IMG/VR virus record: IMGVR_UViG_2802429369_000001 | Source of the DNA: a virus | DNA length: 44,853 bases | Strand: one strand, 5' to 3' | Part shown: positions 16,483 through 24,046 of the stretch, piece by piece | How the letters are laid out: each line of letters starts with the position of its first letter | Position numbering within the stretch: the stretch's first letter is position 1 | Program-made: the position numbers and the translations under genes | Notes under the pieces: generated by a model | Seen by the model: the letters and a program-made list of their open reading frames with translations, nothing else | The model's database searches: none | Told to the model about the DNA's origin: nothing

Positions 16483-17885
16483 GCAGCTATCAGGATTTTA
16501 TCGAGTCAAAAGAACTGAAAACTATCCCTGTTGGATTTGAGCCTAACGATGCGCTATGGCCCGCTGATATGTTCCATCACCAGCAATCGGTAGCGGCATG
16601 GGCTTGTCGTAAGGGACGTGCTGGCGTGTTCTTTGATACCGGGCTAGGCAAGACCATCACGCAGCTAGCATGGGCGCAGCAGGTGCAAGCCAAAGACAAT
16701 GGCTACGTGCTGATACTGACGCCGCTAGCCGTTGCAAAACAGACTGAACGCGAAGCCGTGAAGTTTGGCATGGTCGCTACGTTTGTTGAAAATGGCGACG
16801 CCATTGGCGATCCGGGAATCTACATCACGAACTATGAAAAGCTGCATCATTTCGATACGTCAATTTTCGCGGGCGTGGTGCTAGACGAATCCAGTATTCT
16901 CAAGGGCATGATGGGCAAAGTGCGTCAGCAAATTACCGACGCATTTGGCGCAACGCCTTATCGTCTTTCATGCACCGCGACTCCAAGCCCTAACGATTTT
17001 ATGGAGCTGGGTACGCAGTCTGAGTTTCTGGGCATCATGAGTCAGACAGAAATGCTGGCCATGTTTTTCATCCACGACACGGGTGGAGGAACTGGCGATT
17101 GGCGGCTAAAGCATCACGGCAAAGCGAAGTTTTGGAAGTGGCTATCGACGTGGTGCGTATTCCTGCGCAGCCCTGCCGATATGGGTTTTGATGCTGATGG
17201 GTACGACCTGCCGCCAGTCGACTATTATCAGCATACGATTGAAACGCAGGCGACCGACGGACTGTTTGTAGAGCCTGCGCAGTCATTGCAAGAGCGCAAC
17301 ACGGCACGGCGCGAAACGGTCGAACAGCGCTGCCAGCGCGCCGCCGATATTGTCAATGGGATGGATGCGCCATGCGTGGTATGGTGCAACCTGAATGCTG
17401 AGTCCGAATTGCTCACAAAGCTAATTGATGGCGCGGTTGAAGTGAAGGGCAGCGATAAAGACCAGCACAAAAGCGAGTCACTGTTAGCGTTCGCGGATGG
17501 CAAGATTAAATGCCTGGTCAGTAAGCCAAAAATCGCAGGATTCGGCATGAACTGGCAGTCAACTTACAATTGTGTGTTTGTCGGACTATCCGATAGCTGG
17601 GAATCGTACTATCAAGCGATTCGCCGCCAATGGCGCTTTGGTCAAAAGCACGCCGTTCAGTGCCACATTGTCAGCGCGGACGTTGAAGGCCTGGTGGTCG
17701 AAAACATCCGACGCAAAGACGCACAGCATGAAGAGCTAAGCTCGGCGATGATGACGCACATGAAAGCGTTTATGCAGGCCGAAGTGTTCGGCAGTAAGGC
17801 GGAAAAAACCGACTACCTGCCCAGCGTTGATATGCACATACCGGAGTGGCTAACATGCACCAAAGCACATACTACAAACGCCTAG
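16479..17885 (+). CDS. SNF2/DEAD-like helicase
   Basis: Motif I DTGLGKT, motif II VLDESS, and motif III-like CTATPSPN. The ATG overlaps the MTase stop (ATGA). Confidence 0.75.
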   Translation: MSSYQDFIESKELKTIPVGFEPNDALWPADMFHHQQSVAAWACRKGRAGVFFDTGLGKTITQLAWAQQVQAKDNGYVLILTPLAVAKQTEREAVKFGMVATFVENGDAIGDPGIYITNYEKLHHFDTSIFAGVVLDESSILKGMMGKVRQQITDAFGATPYRLSCTATPSPNDFMELGTQSEFLGIMSQTEMLAMFFIHDTGGGTGDWRLKHHGKAKFWKWLSTWCVFLRSPADMGFDADGYDLPPVDYYQHTIETQATDGLFVEPAQSLQERNTARRETVEQRCQRAADIVNGMDAPCVVWCNLNAESELLTKLIDGAVEVKGSDKDQHKSESLLAFADGKIKCLVSKPKIAGFGMNWQSTYNCVFVGLSDSWESYYQAIRRQWRFGQKHAVQCHIVSADVEGLVVENIRRKDAQHEELSSAMMTHMKAFMQAEVFGSKAEKTDYLPSVDMHIPEWLTCTKAHTTNA

Positions 17886-18184
17886 CCGCTGGCTACGACC
17901 ACGAACAGGCGCACACGCTACCCAAACACTGCCCGCGCTGGATGCGGGCAATTGAAGAACAGGAAGGCCAGCCGTTGCGCGAAATACTGGCAGCGGCAGC
18001 CAAAGCAGCACCACAAACGGGCTATACCTGCGCTGACTTAGCGCGTGAATGGGGTATCAAAAAGGACACGCTAGGCCACTGGTGCCGAAAGTGGGATATA
18101 CGGTTCCCTACTGGTGCCAGCGCTCGGCAAAAAGAGGCCGCCAAGTCTACGATTGATAGGGTTAATCGGAGGAAGCGAAAATGA
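17855..18184 (+). CDS. Hypothetical protein, possible HTH (109 aa)
   Basis: GGAG lies 9 nt before ATG 17855. Contains the segment CADLAREWGIKKDTLGHWCRKW. It overlaps the 3' end of the helicase gene. Confidence 0.5.
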   Translation: MHQSTYYKRLAAGYDHEQAHTLPKHCPRWMRAIEEQEGQPLREILAAAAKAAPQTGYTCADLAREWGIKKDTLGHWCRKWDIRFPTGASARQKEAAKSTIDRVNRRKRK

Positions 18185-18342
18185 TTACCGTAAAAATCAC
18201 AAAAACGCAGCGCATTGACGACCGCGCGGTTACTGACACAACCGAGCTAAAGGGCGATGCAGGAGAAGTGCTTGCATTTCTTGACGAGCTGGGCCATACC
18301 GTACCGATGCAGGATGATGAAAAGACCGATACTGTTCATTGA
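18181..18342 (+). CDS. Hypothetical protein (53 aa)
   Basis: Not in the track. ATGA overlap with the upstream stop. The reading frame is open as MITVKITKTQRIDDRAVTDTTELKGDAGEVLAFLDELGHTVPMQDDEKTDTVH. Confidence 0.45.
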   Translation: MITVKITKTQRIDDRAVTDTTELKGDAGEVLAFLDELGHTVPMQDDEKTDTVH

Positions 18343-18351
18343 GGAAAAACC

Positions 18352-18774
18352 ATGAGCGCCATTCAGTTTAAACGACTAACCAAAAACGCCACCATCCCAA
18401 CGCGCGCCACTGACGGCAGTGGTGGATTCGACCTGTACTGCACTGAGCGCGTCGACCTACCGCCAGGGCAGCGGATGTTATTGCCAACGGGCATTGCCAT
18501 GGCGTTACCGCATGGCACCTGCGCGATGGTATGGCCCCGCAGCGGGCTAGCAGCCAATCGCGGCATTGATCGGTTGGCAGGGTTCATCGACGCTGACTAC
18601 CGGGGCGAGCTACATGTATCGCTGATTAACCACGGCCTAGACGTTGTGGAGTTCCGTCCCGGTGACCGGATTGCGCAGCTTGTGGTGACGTATTGCCTGA
18701 CTGACTCAGTAGAGGTCGATGAGCTAGACGACACTGAGCGCGGCGCGGGTGGATTCGGTAGCTCTGGTCGATAG
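18352..18774 (+). CDS. dut: dUTPase
   Basis: Contains GSGGFDL, PRSGLA, GFIDADYRGE, RIAQLV and the C-terminal RGAGGFGSSG. Confidence 0.9.
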   Translation: MSAIQFKRLTKNATIPTRATDGSGGFDLYCTERVDLPPGQRMLLPTGIAMALPHGTCAMVWPRSGLAANRGIDRLAGFIDADYRGELHVSLINHGLDVVEFRPGDRIAQLVVTYCLTDSVEVDELDDTERGAGGFGSSGR

Positions 18775-18883
18775 CCAAAACCTAACGAATCACCGAATCG
18801 TATAGAGAATTACAATTATAAATTCAGCCTAAAAACCTCTAATATCATCTCATACATAAAGCGAAGCATTAAGGAGAAAGGCA

Positions 18884-19096
18884 ATGAACAACGCTAAACG
18901 AGTTGATGATTGGCACGAAGAGGGCGACGTTTCCGGCAAGTTCGTAAAGCGCGGTGGCAAGGTTATTTATACGGATATAGGTGGATGCACGGGCAACGGA
19001 AAAGTTCGTGCCATTGGTTATCGCGCAGATGATATTTTAGAGACGCGCCGCACTTATTACATCAATTGGAGCGACAAGCTAGTGAAGGTTGCATAA
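18884..19096 (+). CDS. Hypothetical protein (70 aa)
   Basis: AAGGAGAAAGG lies upstream of the ATG. Confidence 0.55.
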   Translation: MNNAKRVDDWHEEGDVSGKFVKRGGKVIYTDIGGCTGNGKVRAIGYRADDILETRRTYYINWSDKLVKVA

Positions 19097-19153
19097 CACT
19101 AACACCAACACGCCCCGCACAGCGCGGGGCTGCTAAACAACAGGAGAAAAACC

Positions 19154-19321
19154 ATGCAAGCCATCCTATCTTTCACCATCGCCATGACGTTCATTGCATC
19201 CTGGCTAACGCACATCGTGACATGCCTTCAAGACGGCTCTTGGGGCTTCCTGATCGCTGGCGCGCTTATGTTCCCCATCGCCATAATCCACGGCTTTGGC
19301 ATCTGGATAGGAGTATTTTAA
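19154..19321 (+). CDS. Small membrane protein, two predicted TM segments (55 aa)
   Basis: Not in the track as such. CAGGAGAAAAACC precedes the ATG. Translation is MQAILSFTIAMTFIASWLTHIV...FLIAGALMFPIAIIHGFGIWIGVF. Confidence 0.55.
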   Translation: MQAILSFTIAMTFIASWLTHIVTCLQDGSWGFLIAGALMFPIAIIHGFGIWIGVF

Positions 19322-19498
19322 ATGGAAAATAACACAGTGAAGTTAAACCCCGACATCGTAATCGGCAACGCCACCGTAGTCGGCACCGAATCAGGCTGGG
19401 CACTCCCCGGCGGTCGCATTGTCCGCGACAAGACGCAAGCCCGCATGTATGCGCGGCGGATGGCTAATTTGATGACTGGATTGGAGGTGGTGAAGTGA
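19322..19498 (+). CDS. Hypothetical protein (58 aa)
   Basis: Not in the track. The ATG directly follows the previous stop. It ends in GTGA, overlapping the next start. Confidence 0.45.
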   Translation: MENNTVKLNPDIVIGNATVVGTESGWALPGGRIVRDKTQARMYARRMANLMTGLEVVK

Positions 19499-19779
19499 AA
19501 ACCGTACCCGACTACATGCTGGACGACATCGACGCAGACGCCCGCGACGCCCGCGACCTTGAGCTAGAAGCGAAGCGCCAAGCCGCATGGGATGAAATGC
19601 TGAGCGATGACGGCGACATCAGCGAGGTGCTAGAGCGGCTAACCGAGCATCCGCTTGAAGCGCTCAACCTACTGCGCGACTATCACCACCTCGGCAACGA
19701 CCTGCGCACGGCCGGGTATGAGCTGGCAGCGCGGTTGCATGAACTGGCGGATGGAGTTATCGAGGAGCGTATCGGATGA
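19495..19779 (+). CDS. Hypothetical acidic protein (94 aa)
   Basis: Track ORF with a GTG start, coupled to both neighbours. Confidence 0.5.
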   Translation: MKTVPDYMLDDIDADARDARDLELEAKRQAAWDEMLSDDGDISEVLERLTEHPLEALNLLRDYHHLGNDLRTAGYELAARLHELADGVIEERIG

Positions 19780-19952
19780 ACAGCTTTAACCCGCTACAGA
19801 GCATTACCAACGCCATCATGGCCCATGTGCCCGATACCATTTTCGGGCAAGGGCTGGCGATTGGTGCAGGACTGTTAATTTGCATTGGTGCGGTGCTGTT
19901 TATTGCCGCGCTGGGTGTTTGGATTGCTGAGAAGATGGGGTATTTGAAATGA
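19776..19952 (+). CDS. Small membrane protein, one TM segment (58 aa)
   Basis: Not in the track. ATGA overlaps at both ends. Hydrophobic segment GLAIGAGLLICIGAVLFIAALGVWI. Confidence 0.5.
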   Translation: MNSFNPLQSITNAIMAHVPDTIFGQGLAIGAGLLICIGAVLFIAALGVWIAEKMGYLK

Positions 19953-20758
19953 ATCAGAATGATAAAGATCAGGCGCTGACCAAGTGTGCCATGCAGGTTG
20001 AGCCAGCGCTCTGGGGCTACGATAAAATCAAAGCCTTTTGCGGCGTGATAATCCAATGGGATGATTACCAGCAACGCCGCACCGAACTCATCAACGAACC
20101 AGATGACGCGGAAGCGCCTGAGTGGGCACGGTGGAAGGCGCAGGATGGGGATGGAGAATGGTACTGGCATGAAGCCCAGCCGCACAGCGATGAGCATACG
20201 TGGGACATGTATTGCCCTAACGATGAAAATCAAATGATTGCATCGTATGGAAAAATCCCCGCAGGCCACGACTGGCGAAAAACACTAAAACCAGTGAATC
20301 AATATATGAGCAATAATGAGCCAGTTAAGAGCCGGAATGAGCCGCACGGCATAACAGGCGTAAAGCATCGCGTTGACCGCCAGCTAAACCCAAACACCAG
20401 CAGCTTGACCGACTCTCAGGCGCGTGAATATGCTGAAGAATTAAAAACCTGCAGTGACGGACAACCATGCGGGCAGGAGGATTATTGCGACGACTGCCCC
20501 AACGCGCCACATGCTCAGGATGCGCGGCGGTTGGATGAGCAATTGCGCGACGCGATAAACCCCGGCCATTACCGCCAAGGGGGCATTGAGTGCATCGACG
20601 CACTAAAAGCGGCCACGGTAGGCAAAACAGGCATCGAGGCCGTGTGCGTCGCCAATGTCATCAAGTACCTCTGGCGATATGAAGAAAAAAATGGTGTCGA
20701 AGATGTCGAAAAAGCGCTATGGTATCTCAATCGACTGCACGACGAACTGCACGATTAA
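19949..20758 (+). CDS. Protein with C-terminal DUF3310-like domain (269 aa)
   Basis: The C-terminus INPGHYRQGGIECIDALKAA...NVIKYLWRYEEKNGVEDVEKALWYLNRL matches my recollection of DUF3310. Confidence 0.65.
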   Translation: MNQNDKDQALTKCAMQVEPALWGYDKIKAFCGVIIQWDDYQQRRTELINEPDDAEAPEWARWKAQDGDGEWYWHEAQPHSDEHTWDMYCPNDENQMIASYGKIPAGHDWRKTLKPVNQYMSNNEPVKSRNEPHGITGVKHRVDRQLNPNTSSLTDSQAREYAEELKTCSDGQPCGQEDYCDDCPNAPHAQDARRLDEQLRDAINPGHYRQGGIECIDALKAATVGKTGIEAVCVANVIKYLWRYEEKNGVEDVEKALWYLNRLHDELHD

Positions 20759-20916
20759 AGCGCCAGCCCTGGGGCGCTATGCAATACCAGGGCTTACCCA
20801 GCGGCGGCCAACCCTAACGGGTGAAGTGGGGCAGAATAACGCCGCCAGTGGTCACGCACCGACCTCCTCCGTTTCGACGGCACTGCTTATGCAGTAGGTG
20901 TGGGAAACCACCGTTT

Positions 20917-20941
20917 GCCCCTACGAGACAGGGGCTTTTTT
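20917..20941 (+). terminator. Intrinsic terminator
   Basis: GCCCCT-acgagac-AGGGGC followed by TTTTTT. Confidence 0.7.
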
Positions 20942-20966
20942 ATGACTATCACAACAGGGGCGCAAC

Positions 20967-21200
20967 ATGCGACTGAGCAAATACGAACAGCAGCTATTTG
21001 AGGAAAAATGCAAACAGGCCATGGCGTTGCGCGCCGTGTCAGGCGCAAAGTCAATCAAACGTCAGATACGCGAATATCCAGGACGCGTGGTCAATGTCGT
21101 GACTGCCGAACAGCGCATACGGTACCAAGGCGCGTCGCTGCACGACGCCTGCACGCAGCCCGTGGGGGCATATCGGCATTTGCAGGGGGCGCGGCAATGA
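20967..21200 (+). CDS. Hypothetical protein (77 aa)
   Basis: First ORF after terminator 20917-20941. Confidence 0.5.
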   Translation: MRLSKYEQQLFEEKCKQAMALRAVSGAKSIKRQIREYPGRVVNVVTAEQRIRYQGASLHDACTQPVGAYRHLQGARQ

Positions 21201-21577
21201 GACAGCTCGACAGTACGGATATTGCGTTTATCAGCGAGACCTACCCGGCGTACACGAAAGCTGAAGTGTGCAACAAGCTGGGCATATCGGGGCGCGAATA
21301 CAGCGCGGCCCTACGCGGCCTTGGGTTGACCGACACACGTCTACAAGGCGTGCGATGCCCGCGCTTAGATTGGCCTAGCGTCTGGTACGCTTACACACGA
21401 TGCGGCGATGTTATCAACACGGCGCTGGCCACCGGATACTCACGCGAAGCGGTGCGCTATGCGCTGGAATCCATGCTCAACATGCCCACAACTCGACGCG
21501 CTGCGTACTGGAACCGCTGGGCGCACAAAAATGGGCGGGATGAGTATACCGATGAGGATTTAGCGGTTATAGTTTGA
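21197..21577 (+). CDS. Hypothetical protein, possible HTH (126 aa)
   Basis: Track ORF 21008..21577, trimmed to the ATG that overlaps the upstream stop (ATGA). Contains the segment TKAEVCNKLGISGREYSAALRGLG. Confidence 0.5.
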   Translation: MRQLDSTDIAFISETYPAYTKAEVCNKLGISGREYSAALRGLGLTDTRLQGVRCPRLDWPSVWYAYTRCGDVINTALATGYSREAVRYALESMLNMPTTRRAAYWNRWAHKNGRDEYTDEDLAVIV

Positions 21578-21625
21578 TTGTCGTCAAACCTTTCCTAAAG
21601 CGCAACTACTACCACCGCTACAACC

Positions 21626-21653
21626 AGCCCTGCCACCAATCGGGGCTTTTTTT
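21626..21653 (+). terminator. Intrinsic terminator at the convergent junction
   Basis: AGCCCTG-ccaccaat-CGGGGCT (one G-U pair) followed by T7. It lies 1 nt from the HNH gene stop. Confidence 0.65.
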
Positions 21654-21654
21654 A

Positions 21655-22224
21655 TTACTTCCAATATGCACCAGAAAGGACTTTTTTTACTGTTGCTACA
21701 GATACGCCGTATTTTTCAGCCATATCTTCACGGCTGTAACCTGACCCCCTGCCATTTTTTGCTCTTCTTGGTAGTGATCGCATTTCATCGGCTTTTTCTT
21801 TTGTCAGCTTAACGCATCGCCTATTTCTTCCTTGCTCCACACTGGTTGCCCATTTGCAGTTATGTGGATTATACCCCTTGTTATTGTCAATTCTTTCAAT
21901 GCTAGTGTTTTCTGGCCTTTCGCCCATATCTTTCTTAAATTGAAAAAAGTCATTTCGCCAAGATTCGCAAACATGAATTCCTCTTTTTCCGTAGTGTTTA
22001 TATGCTTTGCACTTTGGGTTATGACACCTATCAATCATGTGGCTCCATGTTTTAAAAAGCTCTTCCCCCCACGCTCCGTGCTTATATCTTGAAGAATCCT
22101 TACCTCTCCTGGGCTCAGGAAAATGCAGGGGATCGCCATGCTTTTTCCATCGGAGGTAATGCGCGCGGCAAAGGTTATGCTTTTTAACATGAACTGAATT
22201 TGAGCAATTTTCTATTTTACACAT
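21655..22224 (-). CDS. HNH endonuclease (HNH_3-like) with C-terminal HTH
   Basis: Contains CKIENCSNSVHVKKHNLCRAHYLRW and IERIDNNKGYNPHNCKWAT. It appears AT-richer than its neighbours by eye. It is the last gene of the minus-strand block. Confidence 0.8.
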   Translation of the reverse strand: MCKIENCSNSVHVKKHNLCRAHYLRWKKHGDPLHFPEPRRGKDSSRYKHGAWGEELFKTWSHMIDRCHNPKCKAYKHYGKRGIHVCESWRNDFFQFKKDMGERPENTSIERIDNNKGYNPHNCKWATSVEQGRNRRCVKLTKEKADEMRSLPRRAKNGRGSGYSREDMAEKYGVSVATVKKVLSGAYWK

Positions 22225-22253
22225 TTTAATCCCCTATAGATCCCTAGGTGGAT

Positions 22254-22262
22254 ATAGTAGCA
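22254..22262 (-). promoter_or_regulatory. TGCTACTAT extended -10-like element upstream of the second HNH gene
   Basis: Plus strand reads atagtagca. It lies 30 nt before ATG 22224. Confidence 0.35.
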
Positions 22263-22279
22263 GCAAATAGAAAATAATT

Positions 22280-22810
22280 CTATCGTTTTAGCACCCTGTC
22301 AATAAAGCTTGGAGCCACACCTACCTGCTTGTCGTCACTACGCTTCTTAACGTTAATCCCCAGCGCTGCGCCCATTGTAACAAACAGCCATACCAACATA
22401 CCTGTAAACTCGCCATCGCTTACAACGGTGGGGTCTTTGACAATAGTGAATGCCATTGAACCTGCCAGCGTGCCGAGCGATAGCGTAAATACCCACCCGA
22501 GCGCTGGCCGCCACCCTGATTTAAACCACCCATCTTGCTGGGACTCAACGCGCATTGTCTCATTGACCATGCGCTGCCTATCCAGGTCTGCGTTAATGCG
22601 TGCGCGCTCCATTTCGGCTTCCAGCTCACGCAGCTTTAGCGCGGATTGCGGGTCTTGCTGTAGCGCGGCTTGAACTGCCTCCGGGCTGTCCTCAACGCCC
22701 AACAGCTTAGCGATACCGCTACCAACTGCGTAACCAGCGCCACCGTATAGAGCACCGCCCAAAGCTGGCGCAGCTTTCGCCACCGTTTCTGCGACATCTC
22801 TCCAGTTCAT
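22280..22810 (-). CDS. Holin-like protein with glycine-rich N-terminus, coiled coil and C-terminal TM segments (GTA-type 3TM holin-like)
   Basis: Glycine-rich N-terminus ALGGALYGGAGYAVGSGIAKLLG, coiled coil LKLRELEAEMERARINADLDRQ, and two or three C-terminal TM segments. It lies directly after the endolysin gene. Confidence 0.55.
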   Translation of the reverse strand: MNWRDVAETVAKAAPALGGALYGGAGYAVGSGIAKLLGVEDSPEAVQAALQQDPQSALKLRELEAEMERARINADLDRQRMVNETMRVESQQDGWFKSGWRPALGWVFTLSLGTLAGSMAFTIVKDPTVVSDGEFTGMLVWLFVTMGAALGINVKKRSDDKQVGVAPSFIDRVLKR

Positions 22811-23430
22811 CCAAGCACCTCAATGCAGCGCTCATAGCGCCGCTGTCTGTCATCTAATCCATTCGTGCCGCCGTTAATGCGCCGCGTAGCGGTCACAATG
22901 TCAGCGCCAACGGGAACGTTGGTCACGTAAAACCAGCATGCCGCAAGCGCTCCAATGCCCGGCTCTAACAGCGAATCAGGATACAGCACTGGCTCTCTGC
23001 TGTTGATCGCGTCAGCAAACCGGGTGTAATTGTAGCGCCCTGTTAACTGAATAGGGCCACGGCCACGGAATAGCCACCCATCGCCGTCTTTATCGTTACC
23101 CATGCGCCCGCCGTACACGTTATTGGCGAGCGCCTCGGGATTGCGCGCGTACTGCGATGCGATGCGGTCGTTGGGGAATCGTGACGGCCACACCTGCATC
23201 AACCGCCTTGCGCTGTACGATAGGTTTTCTTCCAGCGTATTTAGGTCTCGGCTTTCATGACCAACCTGGGCAAACAACATGGCCCGGTCATCACGTCGCA
23301 CGTCGAAAAACTCAATAGCGTCATCGAATGCCACCGCCCACCGTGTAGGATTGGGGCATCCGGGCATGCACGCGGCTAGTTGCTCGGGGGTGATATGGCG
23401 GTAGGTTTCTGCGTTTTCGTAGATGCTCAT
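22807..23430 (-). CDS. Endolysin, glycoside hydrolase family 19 type
   Basis: Contains QVGHESRDLNTLEENLSYS and FRGRGPIQLTGRYNY. Confidence 0.85.
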   Translation of the reverse strand: MSIYENAETYRHITPEQLAACMPGCPNPTRWAVAFDDAIEFFDVRRDDRAMLFAQVGHESRDLNTLEENLSYSARRLMQVWPSRFPNDRIASQYARNPEALANNVYGGRMGNDKDGDGWLFRGRGPIQLTGRYNYTRFADAINSREPVLYPDSLLEPGIGALAACWFYVTNVPVGADIVTATRRINGGTNGLDDRQRRYERCIEVLG

Positions 23431-23633
23431 TCGTCAAACCACTCCTTAATGCCGCCGTGGTTGCTGCAAGCGCCGCGCCGTGTATCAGTAGTGGTAAACA
23501 TGCCATCAACACACAATCCTGATACGCCAATTACACGTTCACGCACCAACGCATCAATGTCGCGATCACGCATACTCGACAACGCAAGCAAGACAACAGC
23601 AACAGCAGCAACGGCTAGACAGACGTTTTTCAT
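23427..23633 (-). CDS. Small exported or membrane-anchored protein with DUF3761-like Cys motif (68 aa)
   Basis: N-terminal hydrophobic segment VCLAVAAVAVVLLALSS with no lipobox cysteine. Contains CVDG...GACSNHGGI. Confidence 0.55.
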   Translation of the reverse strand: MKNVCLAVAAVAVVLLALSSMRDRDIDALVRERVIGVSGLCVDGMFTTTDTRRGACSNHGGIKEWFDE

Positions 23634-23968
23634 AGCTTGTCAATCCTCTGGTTAATGAGGCGCATCGCCATTTGCTTAACCGCATGACTGCCAATAAAGC
23701 CTAGCATGCCGCCGATAAAGATTTGCCAGCCCGGCTGCGCACCGAGTGCCGCAATTACCGAGCTGCACGTTAGCGATAGCGCGCCACAGATCATGGCCTC
23801 TAGTGCGATACGCACGGATGATGTTTCCTCGTTGTCGTAAATGACGCGCAACACCGCTATCACGACTGCCATTAGAGCGCCCCCTAGCCATGGTGGCAGA
23901 TTCTGCAACGCCCTCATCCAATCATCTGGGTTATCAGACATTCTGCCGCCCTTTTTGCGTAGTTTCAT
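23630..23968 (-). CDS. Holin (lambda-like class) with possible dual start
   Basis: Three hydrophobic segments. There are two in-frame ATGs at 23968 and 23941, separated by the basic peptide KLRKKGGR. Confidence 0.7.
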   Translation of the reverse strand: MKLRKKGGRMSDNPDDWMRALQNLPPWLGGALMAVVIAVLRVIYDNEETSSVRIALEAMICGALSLTCSSVIAALGAQPGWQIFIGGMLGFIGSHAVKQMAMRLINQRIDKL

Positions 23969-24010
23969 AGTGCATTTGCTAGCTCAAATTAATGTTCTCA
24001 GTGGCTTGAC

Positions 24011-24019
24011 AGTATAGCA
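24011..24019 (-). promoter_or_regulatory. TGCTATACT motif, just after terminator 24019-24040 and upstream of the lysis genes
   Basis: Plus strand reads agtatagca. Confidence 0.45.
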
Positions 24020-24040
24020 AAAAAGCGCCACGAGGGCGCT
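24019..24040 (-). terminator. Intrinsic terminator after the fibre genes
   Basis: AGCGCC-ctcgt-GGCGCT followed by T6. Confidence 0.7.
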
Positions 24041-24046
24041 TTGTGG

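Noticed and set aside
18775-18883. 109-bp AT-rich gap before ORF 18884, considered as a promoter or small RNA.
   Set aside because: No hexamer pair with acceptable spacing and no stable hairpin are present. Only the AATTACAATT ten-mer stands out, and it is reported with the Family-2 elements.
20800-20863. 20-codon minus-strand ORF preceded by GGAGGAGG within the 20759-20941 gap.
   Set aside because: It is too short, uses a GTG start, lies antisense to the local transcription direction, and is followed by no terminator.
22420-22629. ORF embedded in the 3TM holin-like gene, considered as an Rz1-type o-spanin.
   Set aside because: No signal peptide or lipobox cysteine is present, and the composition is Trp/Ser/Gly-rich and atypical.
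24007-24012. Plus-strand TTGACA at 24007-24012, considered as an antisense promoter into the fibre genes.
   Set aside because: No -10-like hexamer lies 16-18 nt downstream.
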